Source of the DNA: an uncultured Candidatus Saccharibacteria bacterium
Lineage (GTDB): Bacteria > Patescibacteriota > UBA1384 > JAMDBS01 > CAYSHH01
Direction: 5' to 3'
DNA: 64,000 nt
Assembly (NCBI GenBank): GCA_964430945.1
Contig: CAYSHH010000001.1
Coordinates: 82,678-146,677, forward strand
A program made the translations under genes and the position numbers. The notes under the pieces were generated by a model. It did no database searches, was not told where the DNA came from, and was given only the letters and a program-made list of their open reading frames with translations. This document shows, piece by piece, positions 38,672-48,600 of this stretch (positions are counted from its first letter, which is position 1; each line of letters starts with the position of its first letter).

Positions 38672-39586
38672 ATGAAGAAAAAAATATTTCAACTAATAAT
38701 TGGCGGTGAATTTACTGCTCAACCAAAACATAAATCCAAGATCATTCCTATAAACCTTCTAGACCATTTTTATAACACCAACCCAAACGATTTAGGAAGT
38801 ATTATAGATTTTGCCAATAAATATAGTTTTGGTGGATATATTGTACCTAATAGAAATTGTTCAATAAAAGATAGATTCTTAAATCTTCAAGATAAATATA
38901 ATCCGATTATCAGACATCTTGTTGACACTAAAACGATTAATTATCATGATCTTACAATTATTAACAAAGATTTAAAATCATCTTTCCCCTATATTCGTTT
39001 AAGAAATACTGTTAATAATCTTGAAAAAATTAAAAGAGGTTTTGCTTTTTATGATTTAAAAAATGTTCATGGCGAAAAACCAGAATACAAAATCACAAAC
39101 ATTGGTGCATTTGAAGTTGATAAAGATAAAAGCGCTCATATTGAAATAACTATAAAGGTTCCTGCTGAGTCTAAGACAAAATGGTATGTTGAGCAAATAG
39201 ATGACGGCGCATCAATGCTTGAAAAAATATTTCCCGATCAAGACTGGGGAGCAAACAAAGAATATCTCAAAAATATTATTTTAAAAAACGGAAATATCAA
39301 ATTTGATTCCAATAAACAGGTAAAATCAATTGAAATGAATTTCTACCTTGGTAAGACAAATTTTTTTAAAGAAGAACTAGTAGCAGTCTGGACATCACAA
39401 AATGCAGAATCTTTTCTAGCTAAAAGAATCTGGGATTATGTAAACAGTGAGTTTATAAATAAAGGAGAACGTAAGTTATGTAAAATTTGCGCGAAAATAC
39501 ACACTGGACGCTCTAAAGATTATTGTTCAAGAGAAGCTTGTCGCAAAGAATGGGATAGTAGACGAAAAAAACGTAAAAAGAAGTAA
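38672..39586 (+). CDS. Hypothetical protein with C-terminal CGNR-like zinc finger and basic tail (putative DNA-binding regulator)
   Basis: CKIC...YCSREAC followed by RRKKRKK. Confidence 0.65.
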   Translation: MKKKIFQLIIGGEFTAQPKHKSKIIPINLLDHFYNTNPNDLGSIIDFANKYSFGGYIVPNRNCSIKDRFLNLQDKYNPIIRHLVDTKTINYHDLTIINKDLKSSFPYIRLRNTVNNLEKIKRGFAFYDLKNVHGEKPEYKITNIGAFEVDKDKSAHIEITIKVPAESKTKWYVEQIDDGASMLEKIFPDQDWGANKEYLKNIILKNGNIKFDSNKQVKSIEMNFYLGKTNFFKEELVAVWTSQNAESFLAKRIWDYVNSEFINKGERKLCKICAKIHTGRSKDYCSREACRKEWDSRRKKRKKK

Positions 39587-39701
39587 AATTCCGAGCATTT
39601 TCCGAGTTTGAACTCTCAAAAAACGCCTTGTGGTAAGATAAAAATAATAAAAATAATAAACGCACCCGAAAGGTGCTTTTTTAGTTAAGAAAGGAATAAA
39701 A

Positions 39702-39896
39702 ATGCCACAAGACAAAGAGAAACAAGCGCTAGAGCTTGTAAATTCAATTCGAGGGCAAGTCCTTATTGGATACGCCTTAGAAACAGCTATTAATAAGTTT
39801 TCAATATTTAAAGGAAGATACAAACAAGTATCAGTGATTGCTGACATGCAATTGATGCTTGATAATATTTTCTTCATCGGAAAGGCACAAAAATGA
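39702..39896 (+). CDS. Small hypothetical protein, first gene of methylase-terminase operon
   Basis: AAGGAA RBS; ATGA overlap with next gene. Confidence 0.65.
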   Translation: MPQDKEKQALELVNSIRGQVLIGYALETAINKFSIFKGRYKQVSVIADMQLMLDNIFFIGKAQK

Positions 39897-41188
39897 AAAA
39901 ATTAAACTTAAAAACTGTCTATGTAGACACAAAATCACTAAAATTCTGTGAATATAACCCAAGGATTTTTAGTGATAAAGCGATTAGTGATCTTAAAAAG
40001 TCGATCAAAAAAAGCGGATTTGTTTCTCCAATTTTGGCTAACTCAAATTCCAAAAGATACATGATTGTAATTGGAGGGAACCTTCGGTTATATGTTGCTC
40101 GCAAGCTTGGCATTAAAAAGGTGCCGGTCAACTACATCAATGTGGAAAATATTGAAGATGAAAAAAGATTAAATCTGGCTTTAAATCGTGTGAGCGGTGA
40201 ATGGAATTATGAAGCACTTAAAAACTTTAAAATTAAAACGCTTCTAGACATAGGTTTTGATGAAAAGGATTTAAGTTTAATTTGGAACGATGTTTTGTCC
40301 ATAGAAAATGATGATTTTGATGAAGCCAAAGAGGTTGAAGCAATTAAGATTCCAAAAACCAAACTTGGAGATTTATACGAACTCGGGATACATCGCTTGA
40401 TTTGCGGAAATTCCGAGAACCCGGAAGTTATAAAACGATTAGTTGGTAAAGAAAAAGTAAGTATGATAAATTGCGATCCAATCTATAACATCACCTACGA
40501 TTACTCCAAAGGACTAGGCAAAAAAGACAAGTATCATGCAGAAGTAAAAGACACCAGAAGTATTGAGGAATACAAGAAGCTATTGAAGACAACTATTGAA
40601 AATGGATTGGCAGTTTCCAAAGATGATGTCCACTGCTTTTACTTCTGTGATCAAAGGTATATAGGTTTACTTCAAAGTATTTATTCAGAACTAGGATTAG
40701 ATAATAAACGAGTATGTTTATGGATTAAAAATAATATGAATCCGACACCTCAGGTCGCATTTTCAAAGTGTTATGAAGCTGTCGTATATAGTACCCGAGG
40801 AAATCCATACTTGGCGTCAATTAATAATCTTAATGAAATCTTAAACAAAGAAATTGGCACCGGCAATAGAACAATTGATGACATTTTAGATTTATTGGAT
40901 ATATGGCTTGTTAAAAGATTGCCAACATCTCAATATGAGCATCCTACCAGCAAGCCGCCTTCACTTTACGAAAAAGCTCTCAGAAGATGCACCAGGCTCA
41001 ATGATATTGTACTTGACATGTTTGCCGGCGGTGGCAGTCAAATGTCAGCCTGCGAGCAGTTAAAGCGCAAATGCTATATGGTCGAGCTTGAGCCGAGGTT
41101 CTGTGATGTGATCATCAAACGTTATGAAACACTAACAGGGAATAAAGCAAAATTAATTAGAAAAGGAGATTCAAATGAAAATAAATAA
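39893..41188 (+). CDS. ParB/Srx N-terminal domain fused to N4/N6 DNA methyltransferase (beta class)
   Basis: YNPR, GF..PI, IGGNLR ParB; HRLICG, CDPIY (motif IV variant), HPTSKP, DMFAGGGS, ELEP.FCDVI. Confidence 0.88.
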   Translation: MKKLNLKTVYVDTKSLKFCEYNPRIFSDKAISDLKKSIKKSGFVSPILANSNSKRYMIVIGGNLRLYVARKLGIKKVPVNYINVENIEDEKRLNLALNRVSGEWNYEALKNFKIKTLLDIGFDEKDLSLIWNDVLSIENDDFDEAKEVEAIKIPKTKLGDLYELGIHRLICGNSENPEVIKRLVGKEKVSMINCDPIYNITYDYSKGLGKKDKYHAEVKDTRSIEEYKKLLKTTIENGLAVSKDDVHCFYFCDQRYIGLLQSIYSELGLDNKRVCLWIKNNMNPTPQVAFSKCYEAVVYSTRGNPYLASINNLNEILNKEIGTGNRTIDDILDLLDIWLVKRLPTSQYEHPTSKPPSLYEKALRRCTRLNDIVLDMFAGGGSQMSACEQLKRKCYMVELEPRFCDVIIKRYETLTGNKAKLIRKGDSNENK

Positions 41189-41921
41189 AAACGATTTAAT
41201 TATTTTGGGCAATCACAGACTTTTTGCAGGTGATTGCACCAAACCAGAAAACATCAAAAGACTTATTGGTGACGAAAAAGTAACTTCCATAATCGTAGAT
41301 GTACCTTACGGAATTCAAGCCACCCAATCTAAAGAATATCTGCAAACCAAAACTAAACATAAAAACATTATTAATGATCAATATCAATCCAATACAGATT
41401 ATACCAAATTCATGAGAGATTGGCTTTCTGTCATAAAACCTTATCTTACAATTACCAACTCATATTATATCTTCAATTCCGACAAGATGATCTTTGCTCT
41501 TAAGGATGCCCTGGACAAAGAAAACTTTTATTTTTCCCAGCTTCTTATTTGGATTAAAAACCATCCAGTAATTGGACGGCTGGATTATCTTCCCCAGCAC
41601 GAGCTTGTAGCTTATGGATGGTATAAAAAACACAAATTCAGAAAATCCAAAGATAAAAGTGTCCAGTACTTTCCAAAACCCAACAAAAGTGAACTGCACG
41701 CCACTATGAAACCAGTAGGATTAATCAGAAATCTTATCTTAAACAGCACTGAAATTGGTGACATTGTCTATGATGGGTTTTTGGGTTCAGGAACCGCTAT
41801 TATTGCAGCAGAGCATACCAGAAGACGTTGTTTTGGAGCTGAAATTGATTTGGATCATTGCCGAACAATTATTAAACGTTTTAGTAAATTAACCGGCTTA
41901 AAAGCCAGAAAGGAGAATTAA
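41175..41921 (+). CDS. N4/N6 DNA methyltransferase (beta class)
   Basis: HRLFAGDC, VDVPY (motif IV variant), HATMKP, DGFLGSGT. Confidence 0.88.
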   Translation: MKINKNDLIILGNHRLFAGDCTKPENIKRLIGDEKVTSIIVDVPYGIQATQSKEYLQTKTKHKNIINDQYQSNTDYTKFMRDWLSVIKPYLTITNSYYIFNSDKMIFALKDALDKENFYFSQLLIWIKNHPVIGRLDYLPQHELVAYGWYKKHKFRKSKDKSVQYFPKPNKSELHATMKPVGLIRNLILNSTEIGDIVYDGFLGSGTAIIAAEHTRRRCFGAEIDLDHCRTIIKRFSKLTGLKARKEN

Positions 41922-41923
41922 AA

Positions 41924-42331
41924 ATGATTAAAAACAAAACTAAAATTAAACAATTGTTTGTCGAGCAATTGAGTAAAACGCCGATCATCCAAGTTTGTTG
42001 CGACAAGTTAAATGTCAGTAGGGCGACATTTTATAGGATGAAAGCCAGTGACAAGAAGTTTAGCCAGGAAGTAGACAAGGCTTTAGATGAAGGACGAGAA
42101 CTAGTTAATGATATTGCAGAATCAAGATTATTAACTGCTATTCAAAATGGTAATCTTTCCAGTATTATGTACTGGCTCAAGTTCAATAACTCCCGTTATG
42201 GCAATAAAATTGAGATTTCCGGCTCAATTAATACTACTAACGAGCTGACACCCCAGCAGCTAAAAAATATTAAAAAAGCGTTGGCTCTTGCCAACATTAA
42301 GGAGAATAATTATGAAAGAACAAATAAATAA
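41924..42331 (+). CDS. Terminase small subunit-like HTH protein
   Basis: N-terminal HTH (VSRATFYR), D.AES.L...I..G...I..WLK; directly upstream of large terminase. Confidence 0.7.
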   Translation: MIKNKTKIKQLFVEQLSKTPIIQVCCDKLNVSRATFYRMKASDKKFSQEVDKALDEGRELVNDIAESRLLTAIQNGNLSSIMYWLKFNNSRYGNKIEISGSINTTNELTPQQLKNIKKALALANIKENNYERTNK

Positions 42332-43889
42332 TAAAAATTATCAGGAAATTAAGAAATTTGTTGAAAGCATTATCAGTGATCCAGCAAGTCGCAGAGAAAT
42401 AGTTAAGCGAAGTCATCTATATTTCTTCTGCACTTACTTTAGTAAATACCTAACTTACCAGATGGCGCCACTTCATCACGAGCTATTTCGTATCAGTGAA
42501 GATGATAATATTAATCTGGCAATAATTTCTGCCTTCAGAAATTGTGGAAAAAGCGTAATTATGAATCTATCATATATACTCTGGGCGGTATTGGGAAAAC
42601 CACAAAAAAAATTCATACTCATTATTTCTCAAACCAGTGATCAAGCCAGACAGCATTTTGCCAATTTAAGACGAGAGTTGGAGACAAATGAGCTTTTGAA
42701 AAAAGATCTTGGTCCATTTAAGCAGGATTTCACCTGGAATAATGGTGCTTTAGTTATTCCCAAATACAATGCCAAGATTATGGCTTGTTCAACTGAGCAG
42801 TCAATTCGAGGATTAAGATATGGCGAGCATCGTCCTGACCTATTGATTCTTGATGATATTGAAGACATAAACAGCGTAAAAACTAGAGAATCCCGTGATA
42901 AAACATACACTTGGTTTGATTCAGAAATAACTCCAATTGGTGACAGAAAAACAAAGACAATAATCTTGGGAAATATTTTGCATCAGGATTCAATGATTAA
43001 AAGATTAGAATCAGAAATTGACGCAAAAACTAGAGACGGTATTTATCGAGAGTATCCTATTATGGATGATAATGATAATATTCTCTGGTCTGGCAAATAT
43101 CCAACCATAAAAGAAATTGATGAAGAAAAAAGGAAACGCAACAGATTCACTTGGCTTAGAGAATTTATGCTTAGAATTATTGATGATAAAGAACCAGTAA
43201 TTGACCCTGATTGGATACATTATTATCAAGAGCTTCCAAAACCATTAAGGAATCAAGGATATGCTTATGCCGTAGGTATAGATCTGGCGGTATCAGAGAA
43301 AGAGCATGCAGACTATACTGCAATTGTAACAGCAAAAGTTATGAACGAAAAAAATGGAAAAAGGATATATATTCTCCCTAATCCAATCAACACCAAAGTG
43401 CGTATGCCCGATACAATCAATAATATTATAAACATAGATAATACATTGGATGATGGAAGATGCAAATTCTATATCGAAGACGTAGGTACTCAAAGAGGAT
43501 TAGCTCAGTTATTGGAGGAAAAAAAGATTGAAACATACAATGTGAAAATTGGTCAGAATGATAAAAGAACCAGACTCTCTATGACATCTAACAGCATCAA
43601 AGAAGGAAAAATATTATTTCCCGAAAAAGGATGCGAAGAACTCATCAGACAGATTCTTGAATTTAACATCTTAAAGCACGATGATTTAATGGATGCATTC
43701 TCTACATTGTTTCAAGGTATTCAGGAAGAACCACCATCAACTTCCTGTGGTATTACAATCATTGATTTAGGACCTGAATTTAAACCAAGAGATCCATTGG
43801 AATACGAAAAATATGCAAAAGAAAAAAGGATTAAGCTTGGACCAGATGGTCTTCCAGTAAGAAAAAATGGAAGAATTGTTAGACTTTAA
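42312..43889 (+). CDS. Phage terminase large subunit
   Basis: Walker A AFRNCGKS, IRG, Walker B LILDDIED, coupling motif LGN, RNase H-like GIDLA...DYTA...HDDLMDA; AAGGAG RBS before ATG 42312. Confidence 0.88.
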   Translation: MKEQINNKNYQEIKKFVESIISDPASRREIVKRSHLYFFCTYFSKYLTYQMAPLHHELFRISEDDNINLAIISAFRNCGKSVIMNLSYILWAVLGKPQKKFILIISQTSDQARQHFANLRRELETNELLKKDLGPFKQDFTWNNGALVIPKYNAKIMACSTEQSIRGLRYGEHRPDLLILDDIEDINSVKTRESRDKTYTWFDSEITPIGDRKTKTIILGNILHQDSMIKRLESEIDAKTRDGIYREYPIMDDNDNILWSGKYPTIKEIDEEKRKRNRFTWLREFMLRIIDDKEPVIDPDWIHYYQELPKPLRNQGYAYAVGIDLAVSEKEHADYTAIVTAKVMNEKNGKRIYILPNPINTKVRMPDTINNIINIDNTLDDGRCKFYIEDVGTQRGLAQLLEEKKIETYNVKIGQNDKRTRLSMTSNSIKEGKILFPEKGCEELIRQILEFNILKHDDLMDAFSTLFQGIQEEPPSTSCGITIIDLGPEFKPRDPLEYEKYAKEKRIKLGPDGLPVRKNGRIVRL

Positions 43890-43930
43890 GTCAGTTATCT
43901 GTCATTACTGTATGTCAGAAAGGAATATAT

Positions 43931-44185
43931 ATGAAAACAAGATACATTGTTAAAGATAATAAACTAATCTTATATTCTCAAAATAAAACCACTATTCCCA
44001 TATCTCAAATTCTTTGGATAAAATTCTCTGATAATCAGAAAAACTCTAAAGTAATACTTGAGACAATATCAGGTATTATAGCTGAATTTAAGATTAATCC
44101 CGAAAATAGAACAAAATTCAAAAACTTAATGGATCTGCATAGAAAGAATGTAATCTTAAAAGAGTTAGAAATAAAGAAGAAATAA
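43931..44185 (+). CDS. Small hypothetical protein
   Basis: AAAGGAA RBS, 84 aa ORF at end of operon. Confidence 0.6.
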   Translation: MKTRYIVKDNKLILYSQNKTTIPISQILWIKFSDNQKNSKVILETISGIIAEFKINPENRTKFKNLMDLHRKNVILKELEIKKK

Positions 44186-44192
44186 TAAAGTG

Positions 44193-44229
44193 AAAATAAG
44201 CTAGGGATTAATTATCCTTAGCTTATTTT
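44193..44229. terminator. Bidirectional terminator between convergent operons
   Basis: AAAATAAGCTAGGGAT-TAATT-ATCCTTAGCTTATTTT. Confidence 0.8.
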
Positions 44230-44237
44230 ATTAATTC

Positions 44238-44465
44238 TTAATTATTATCTACATCAAGCATAGATAGCTTTTTATAATATTTAACAGCACTTTCTTGATT
44301 AGGGAATTCTTTTTTACCACAAAACCCACGAAAGCGGGTGCCTTCCGGATAGTTTTCTGTTATCAGATACTCTGCAAACCATTTTTTAGTTTTGGGATTA
44401 ATTTTAGGTTTAACTTCAATTTTGCAGGTTTTGTATGTAAAGTTTAAGATACTATTTTTTAGCAT
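44238..44465 (-). CDS. Small hypothetical protein
   Basis: Start ATG 44465 overlapping the end of the upstream gene; MLKNSILNFTYK... Confidence 0.55.
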   Translation of the reverse strand: MLKNSILNFTYKTCKIEVKPKINPKTKKWFAEYLITENYPEGTRFRGFCGKKEFPNQESAVKYYKKLSMLDVDNN

Positions 44466-45609
44466 TTTTATTCTCTTCAGGCTCTTCAAGGTATTTAATT
44501 TGCCCCAATGCACGACCAGTTACCGCTTGAAAATCTCCATACATTCCATGAGTATTATCAATGATCTTTCTGATTTCTTTCTCTTGTCTTGCCCATTTTG
44601 TTTGAAACCATCTTTTTTCTCTTTCAGTTTCTTGTTGTAAATTTGTAAATGCTTCAACTATAGCTTCAATGCGGTGTTGAAATTCTGTTCCAGTAAGATA
44701 TTGAAATAGTATTTCCATTTTTTCATTTTTACCTACATTCAATAATTTTTCGTTATGGAGATGAATCAAATCGAATCTAAGCGCGGTTGATAAAGCGATA
44801 ATCATCTTGGGATTAGCTATCCAAACTCCTTCACGATAAACATAAGTTTCAATATCATCTGGCAAATCAGTTCCAACCAAAACTCCCAACTGAGCTTTTG
44901 CCGTTCTTTGATCTTCTCTTAATTTTTTAATCCAGCTTGAGCTCCATTTAGCATTTTTAGACTCCCATAATATTGTTCCACATTCTCTTCCTTTTTTATC
45001 GATGACTACCTGTTTCGTATCGGCTCCTCTTTGTCCCTTTTTGATTTCTTCAATTTTATCTTCAGAGAAATAACGTTTCAGCATTTCTTCAAGTTTTAAC
45101 TCGAGAACCTCACCTTGTAATTGTTGTGAGCTTCGTTGAGCTTTCTTCTGTGCTTCAATTAAAGATTTTTTTAAGTCATCAATTATTTTATCTTTTTCCC
45201 TATCTTTTAATTCATGTTCTTCAGTAAAACTTTTTCTCGTTTCAATTTTAATTTTTTCTTCTTCATCTAATAATTTCTTTTTCATCTCCAAATCTCGTTC
45301 TTCATCCTTTCTTCTGAGTTTGCGTAATTCATCATTCAAATCTTCCAATTGTTTTAGAAGTTTAGAATTTCTGTCTTTTTCTTCTTGTTTTTCTTTTTGT
45401 AGATTTTTAATTTGAGAATCAAAACTATCTTGAAGTTTTGACATAATTTCTTTTTCTGTTCTTTCCTTAACTTCAGCAATTTCCTTTTGATGTTTTGTTT
45501 TTTCTGCAAGTAATGCTTCTTCTTTGATTTTATGTTGCAAAGCTTCAGTTATTTCAATTTCTTTACCACAATACTTACATTTAATTGTATTTGTCATACT
45601 TGACTCCAC
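44452..45609 (-). CDS. DUF2130 family coiled-coil protein with C-terminal PD-(D/E)XK-like domain
   Basis: CKYCG knuckle, long coiled coil, SQQLQGEVLE, GAD, ILWESK, WIKKLREDQR. Confidence 0.85.
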   Translation of the reverse strand: MESSMTNTIKCKYCGKEIEITEALQHKIKEEALLAEKTKHQKEIAEVKERTEKEIMSKLQDSFDSQIKNLQKEKQEEKDRNSKLLKQLEDLNDELRKLRRKDEERDLEMKKKLLDEEEKIKIETRKSFTEEHELKDREKDKIIDDLKKSLIEAQKKAQRSSQQLQGEVLELKLEEMLKRYFSEDKIEEIKKGQRGADTKQVVIDKKGRECGTILWESKNAKWSSSWIKKLREDQRTAKAQLGVLVGTDLPDDIETYVYREGVWIANPKMIIALSTALRFDLIHLHNEKLLNVGKNEKMEILFQYLTGTEFQHRIEAIVEAFTNLQQETEREKRWFQTKWARQEKEIRKIIDNTHGMYGDFQAVTGRALGQIKYLEEPEENKNAKK

Positions 45610-45627
45610 AAATCATTATTTATGAAT

Positions 45628-48600
45628 TTAATTTAATTCTTTTTTTATTTCTTCAATTATTTGATCTCTATTATAATTGTTATTTATCCAATTTGAATAT
45701 TTAATTCGTAAAAACTTCCAACCTGCTGATTCAAGAACCATTTGTCTTTTTATATCGGAATCAATATATTCCATATTTTCTTCATCAGAAAAATGACAAG
45801 GTCCATCACATTCAATTGCAAGCTTTGTATTATTCTCTTTATTTTGAATTACAAAATCAATATAATAACCACAAGTTGGTACCTGATTATAAATTAAATA
45901 TTTCTTACTTTGTAGTTTATTATTAGCTAAATCATAAAATTCTTTTTCGAAGTTTGAATCAAAACTACGAAGTTCCTTTTTTGTGCTTTCAACTACTCCG
46001 TTTGTTTCAATATAGCATAAGAATTTATCAAGCCATATTTTTTCTGGCCATTCCCTATAATCTAAGCTAGTAAAACAATGTACTTGTAGTCTAGCTCGAG
46101 AAAAAGCAACATTTATTCTACCCCTGACTATTTCTGGACGTATGTCTCCACCTTCACCAGTTAAAGCTACATATTGCATTTTTTGAGATGGATCATGTAT
46201 AACTAACGAAAAAATTACTATATCTCTTTCTTCTCCTTGTATACCATCAATAATACCAATTTTAATATTATGGTCTATTCCAAATGTGTTCTCAATTTTT
46301 TTTCTTATTAAATCTGCTTGATCATTAAAAAAAGATAGTATTGCTATCGATTTATCTTTGTATATAGGATCTTTTTTAATATCTTTAATAAACTTAATAA
46401 TTTCATTAGCCTCATTTGAATTCACACTTGGTGAAATATTTTCCTTATCTTCTGTATCATATTTAACTAAATGATTTACTAATACACGATTAGTATCCTT
46501 GTATGTTAGATATGAATTATTAACAACTTTCAGACTATTATCATAAAAATTTTCATTACAAAAACCTATAATTTCAACAGGTGATCGATAATGTTCTTCT
46601 AAAAATTTTGATTTAATACCTCTGAGTATGCCAATATCTAGTATCGATTTAATATTTTCATATCTTCCCATTATTCTGTAATCTTCATCGATATCAAATC
46701 TTAATGCCAAATCTTCTAAAATAGATTTCTTTTTAAACAGTACTGTATCATCCCTCATTTGTTTAGGATCGCCAACGATTATTGCTTTTTCTGCCCGATA
46801 CATTGTTGGAAGTGCATATGCAATATTACATTGTGATGACTCGTCTAATATTACATAATCAAATAAGTTTTGTTCTAAGGGTAGAACTCTGCTTGCATCC
46901 TCTAAATTCATTATCCATATAGGAACAATATTTGATACTGCACTAAAAATAGATAAATCATTTCTTAATCTTTCGAAGGTCTTAAAAGCTTTTTTAGATT
47001 TCTTTAAACCTTTTGCAAAACTAATTATTTTTCCTCGAATAGTGGCTTTCAAATCTTTATAAAGAGAGACTTTGTATTTTATCTGATTACGGAGATATTG
47101 TCCTACGATTTTTTGTCTATTCTTTTCAAAATCATTTATTTCATTTGATATATTTGAATAATCAATAAAATCAATCTCGATTATTTGTTCTGTGATTTTA
47201 TTAAATTCAAAAAAATCCGATAATTCTTTTTTTTGATTTTGTGAAGATAAAATTATTTTAATTATTCTTTTTAACTCATCTAGGGTAGTATTAATAGATT
47301 CTAAAAACTCATTTATTTGTTCCCGAGTATTTTCTATTTGCAATCTTTGTTCCTGAAATACACAATATCTTTGTACTGATTCAAAAAATTTTACTTTTGT
47401 TCCGAGTGACTTAGTTTTATCAGCAAGACATTTTTTCAAAATGCTCGTCATTTCTTTAGGCATCTTTTCTATGTTGTTCCGGTGAGCTTTTTGAAGTTGT
47501 ATTTTTTTAATTATTGATTTAATCAAATTTTGATTATCGTAATCAAACTGAATCATCTCATCAATCATTTCTTCCACATCTGCTGATAAATTTTTCTCCC
47601 AATACATTGCCAAAACTGTTGAGAAGAATTCTGAGAATTTATCAAATTCCTTTTTGTAAGTATTCTCGTAATCCTTCCTTCTTTTTTCTAAGTATGAGAT
47701 TTTGTTTATTTTTTCCTGAAGATTTTTAACAGTTTCCAAATTAAGCTTTTCTTCTAATTTTCTATAGTTTTCTAAATAAAAATATTCTTCCGGATATTTT
47801 TTAATTTTTTCTTTTAAATGAAAAATGGTTTCTTGTTGTTTAATACCTTTGTTAAAAAGTAATGACTTTTCTACAATTTCTTTAATTTGTTTTTGTATAT
47901 CTTGTTCATCAATATTGTGTCGGGATAAGAAACTATCTAATTTTAATCGTTCTAAAGAATTAGAAAAACTATCATAAATTTGTTTTTCTGTTATGTCGCT
48001 AGTCATATAACCAAATAAATGATCAATTCCCAAATCATTCATTTTGTCTTTTACCACTCTCAACGCTTGCTGTTTTTGACTAACAAATAATATTCTTTTT
48101 CCTTTTGCAACTAAGTGGCAAAGTAAATTTGATATTGTCTGGCTTTTGCCAGTTCCTGGAGGACCTTCAATAATAAATGCTTTGTTTTGCAAAAATTGTA
48201 TTACTTTTAGTTGACTACGATTATATTTAAAAGGATAAAATATATTTCCTTGTTTAATAGATTCGTTATCGACTAGATTGAGTTCATTATCGCTTTCCTG
48301 GGACCATACTCCAATACTAGATTTAGCAAGTTCTTCATTTTTCTTTTCAGATAATATTTCTAGATCTTTAGTAAGAAAATAATTACTTTTAGGCGCTAAA
48401 CTTAATGATATTATTGAAAAATCGCAATTGTTCTGAGCAAAATTTATCTTAGTTAATCTTAATTTATTTACTAAAATTTCACCTAGTTCTTTTAGAATTT
48501 TAATATTTCCCGGTAGATTTAACTTGGTATCTTGGTCAAATTTACCAAAATCTTTTAACAAGTCATAATAAAAATCTTCATTTTCTAGAATATTCTCAAA

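Noticed and set aside
39893-41921. Type II/III restriction-modification system
   Set aside because: No cognate restriction gene in the operon; ParB fusion and terminase linkage point to phage-type methylases
38672-44185. Complete prophage
   Set aside because: No portal, capsid, tail, lysis or replication genes recognised anywhere in the window
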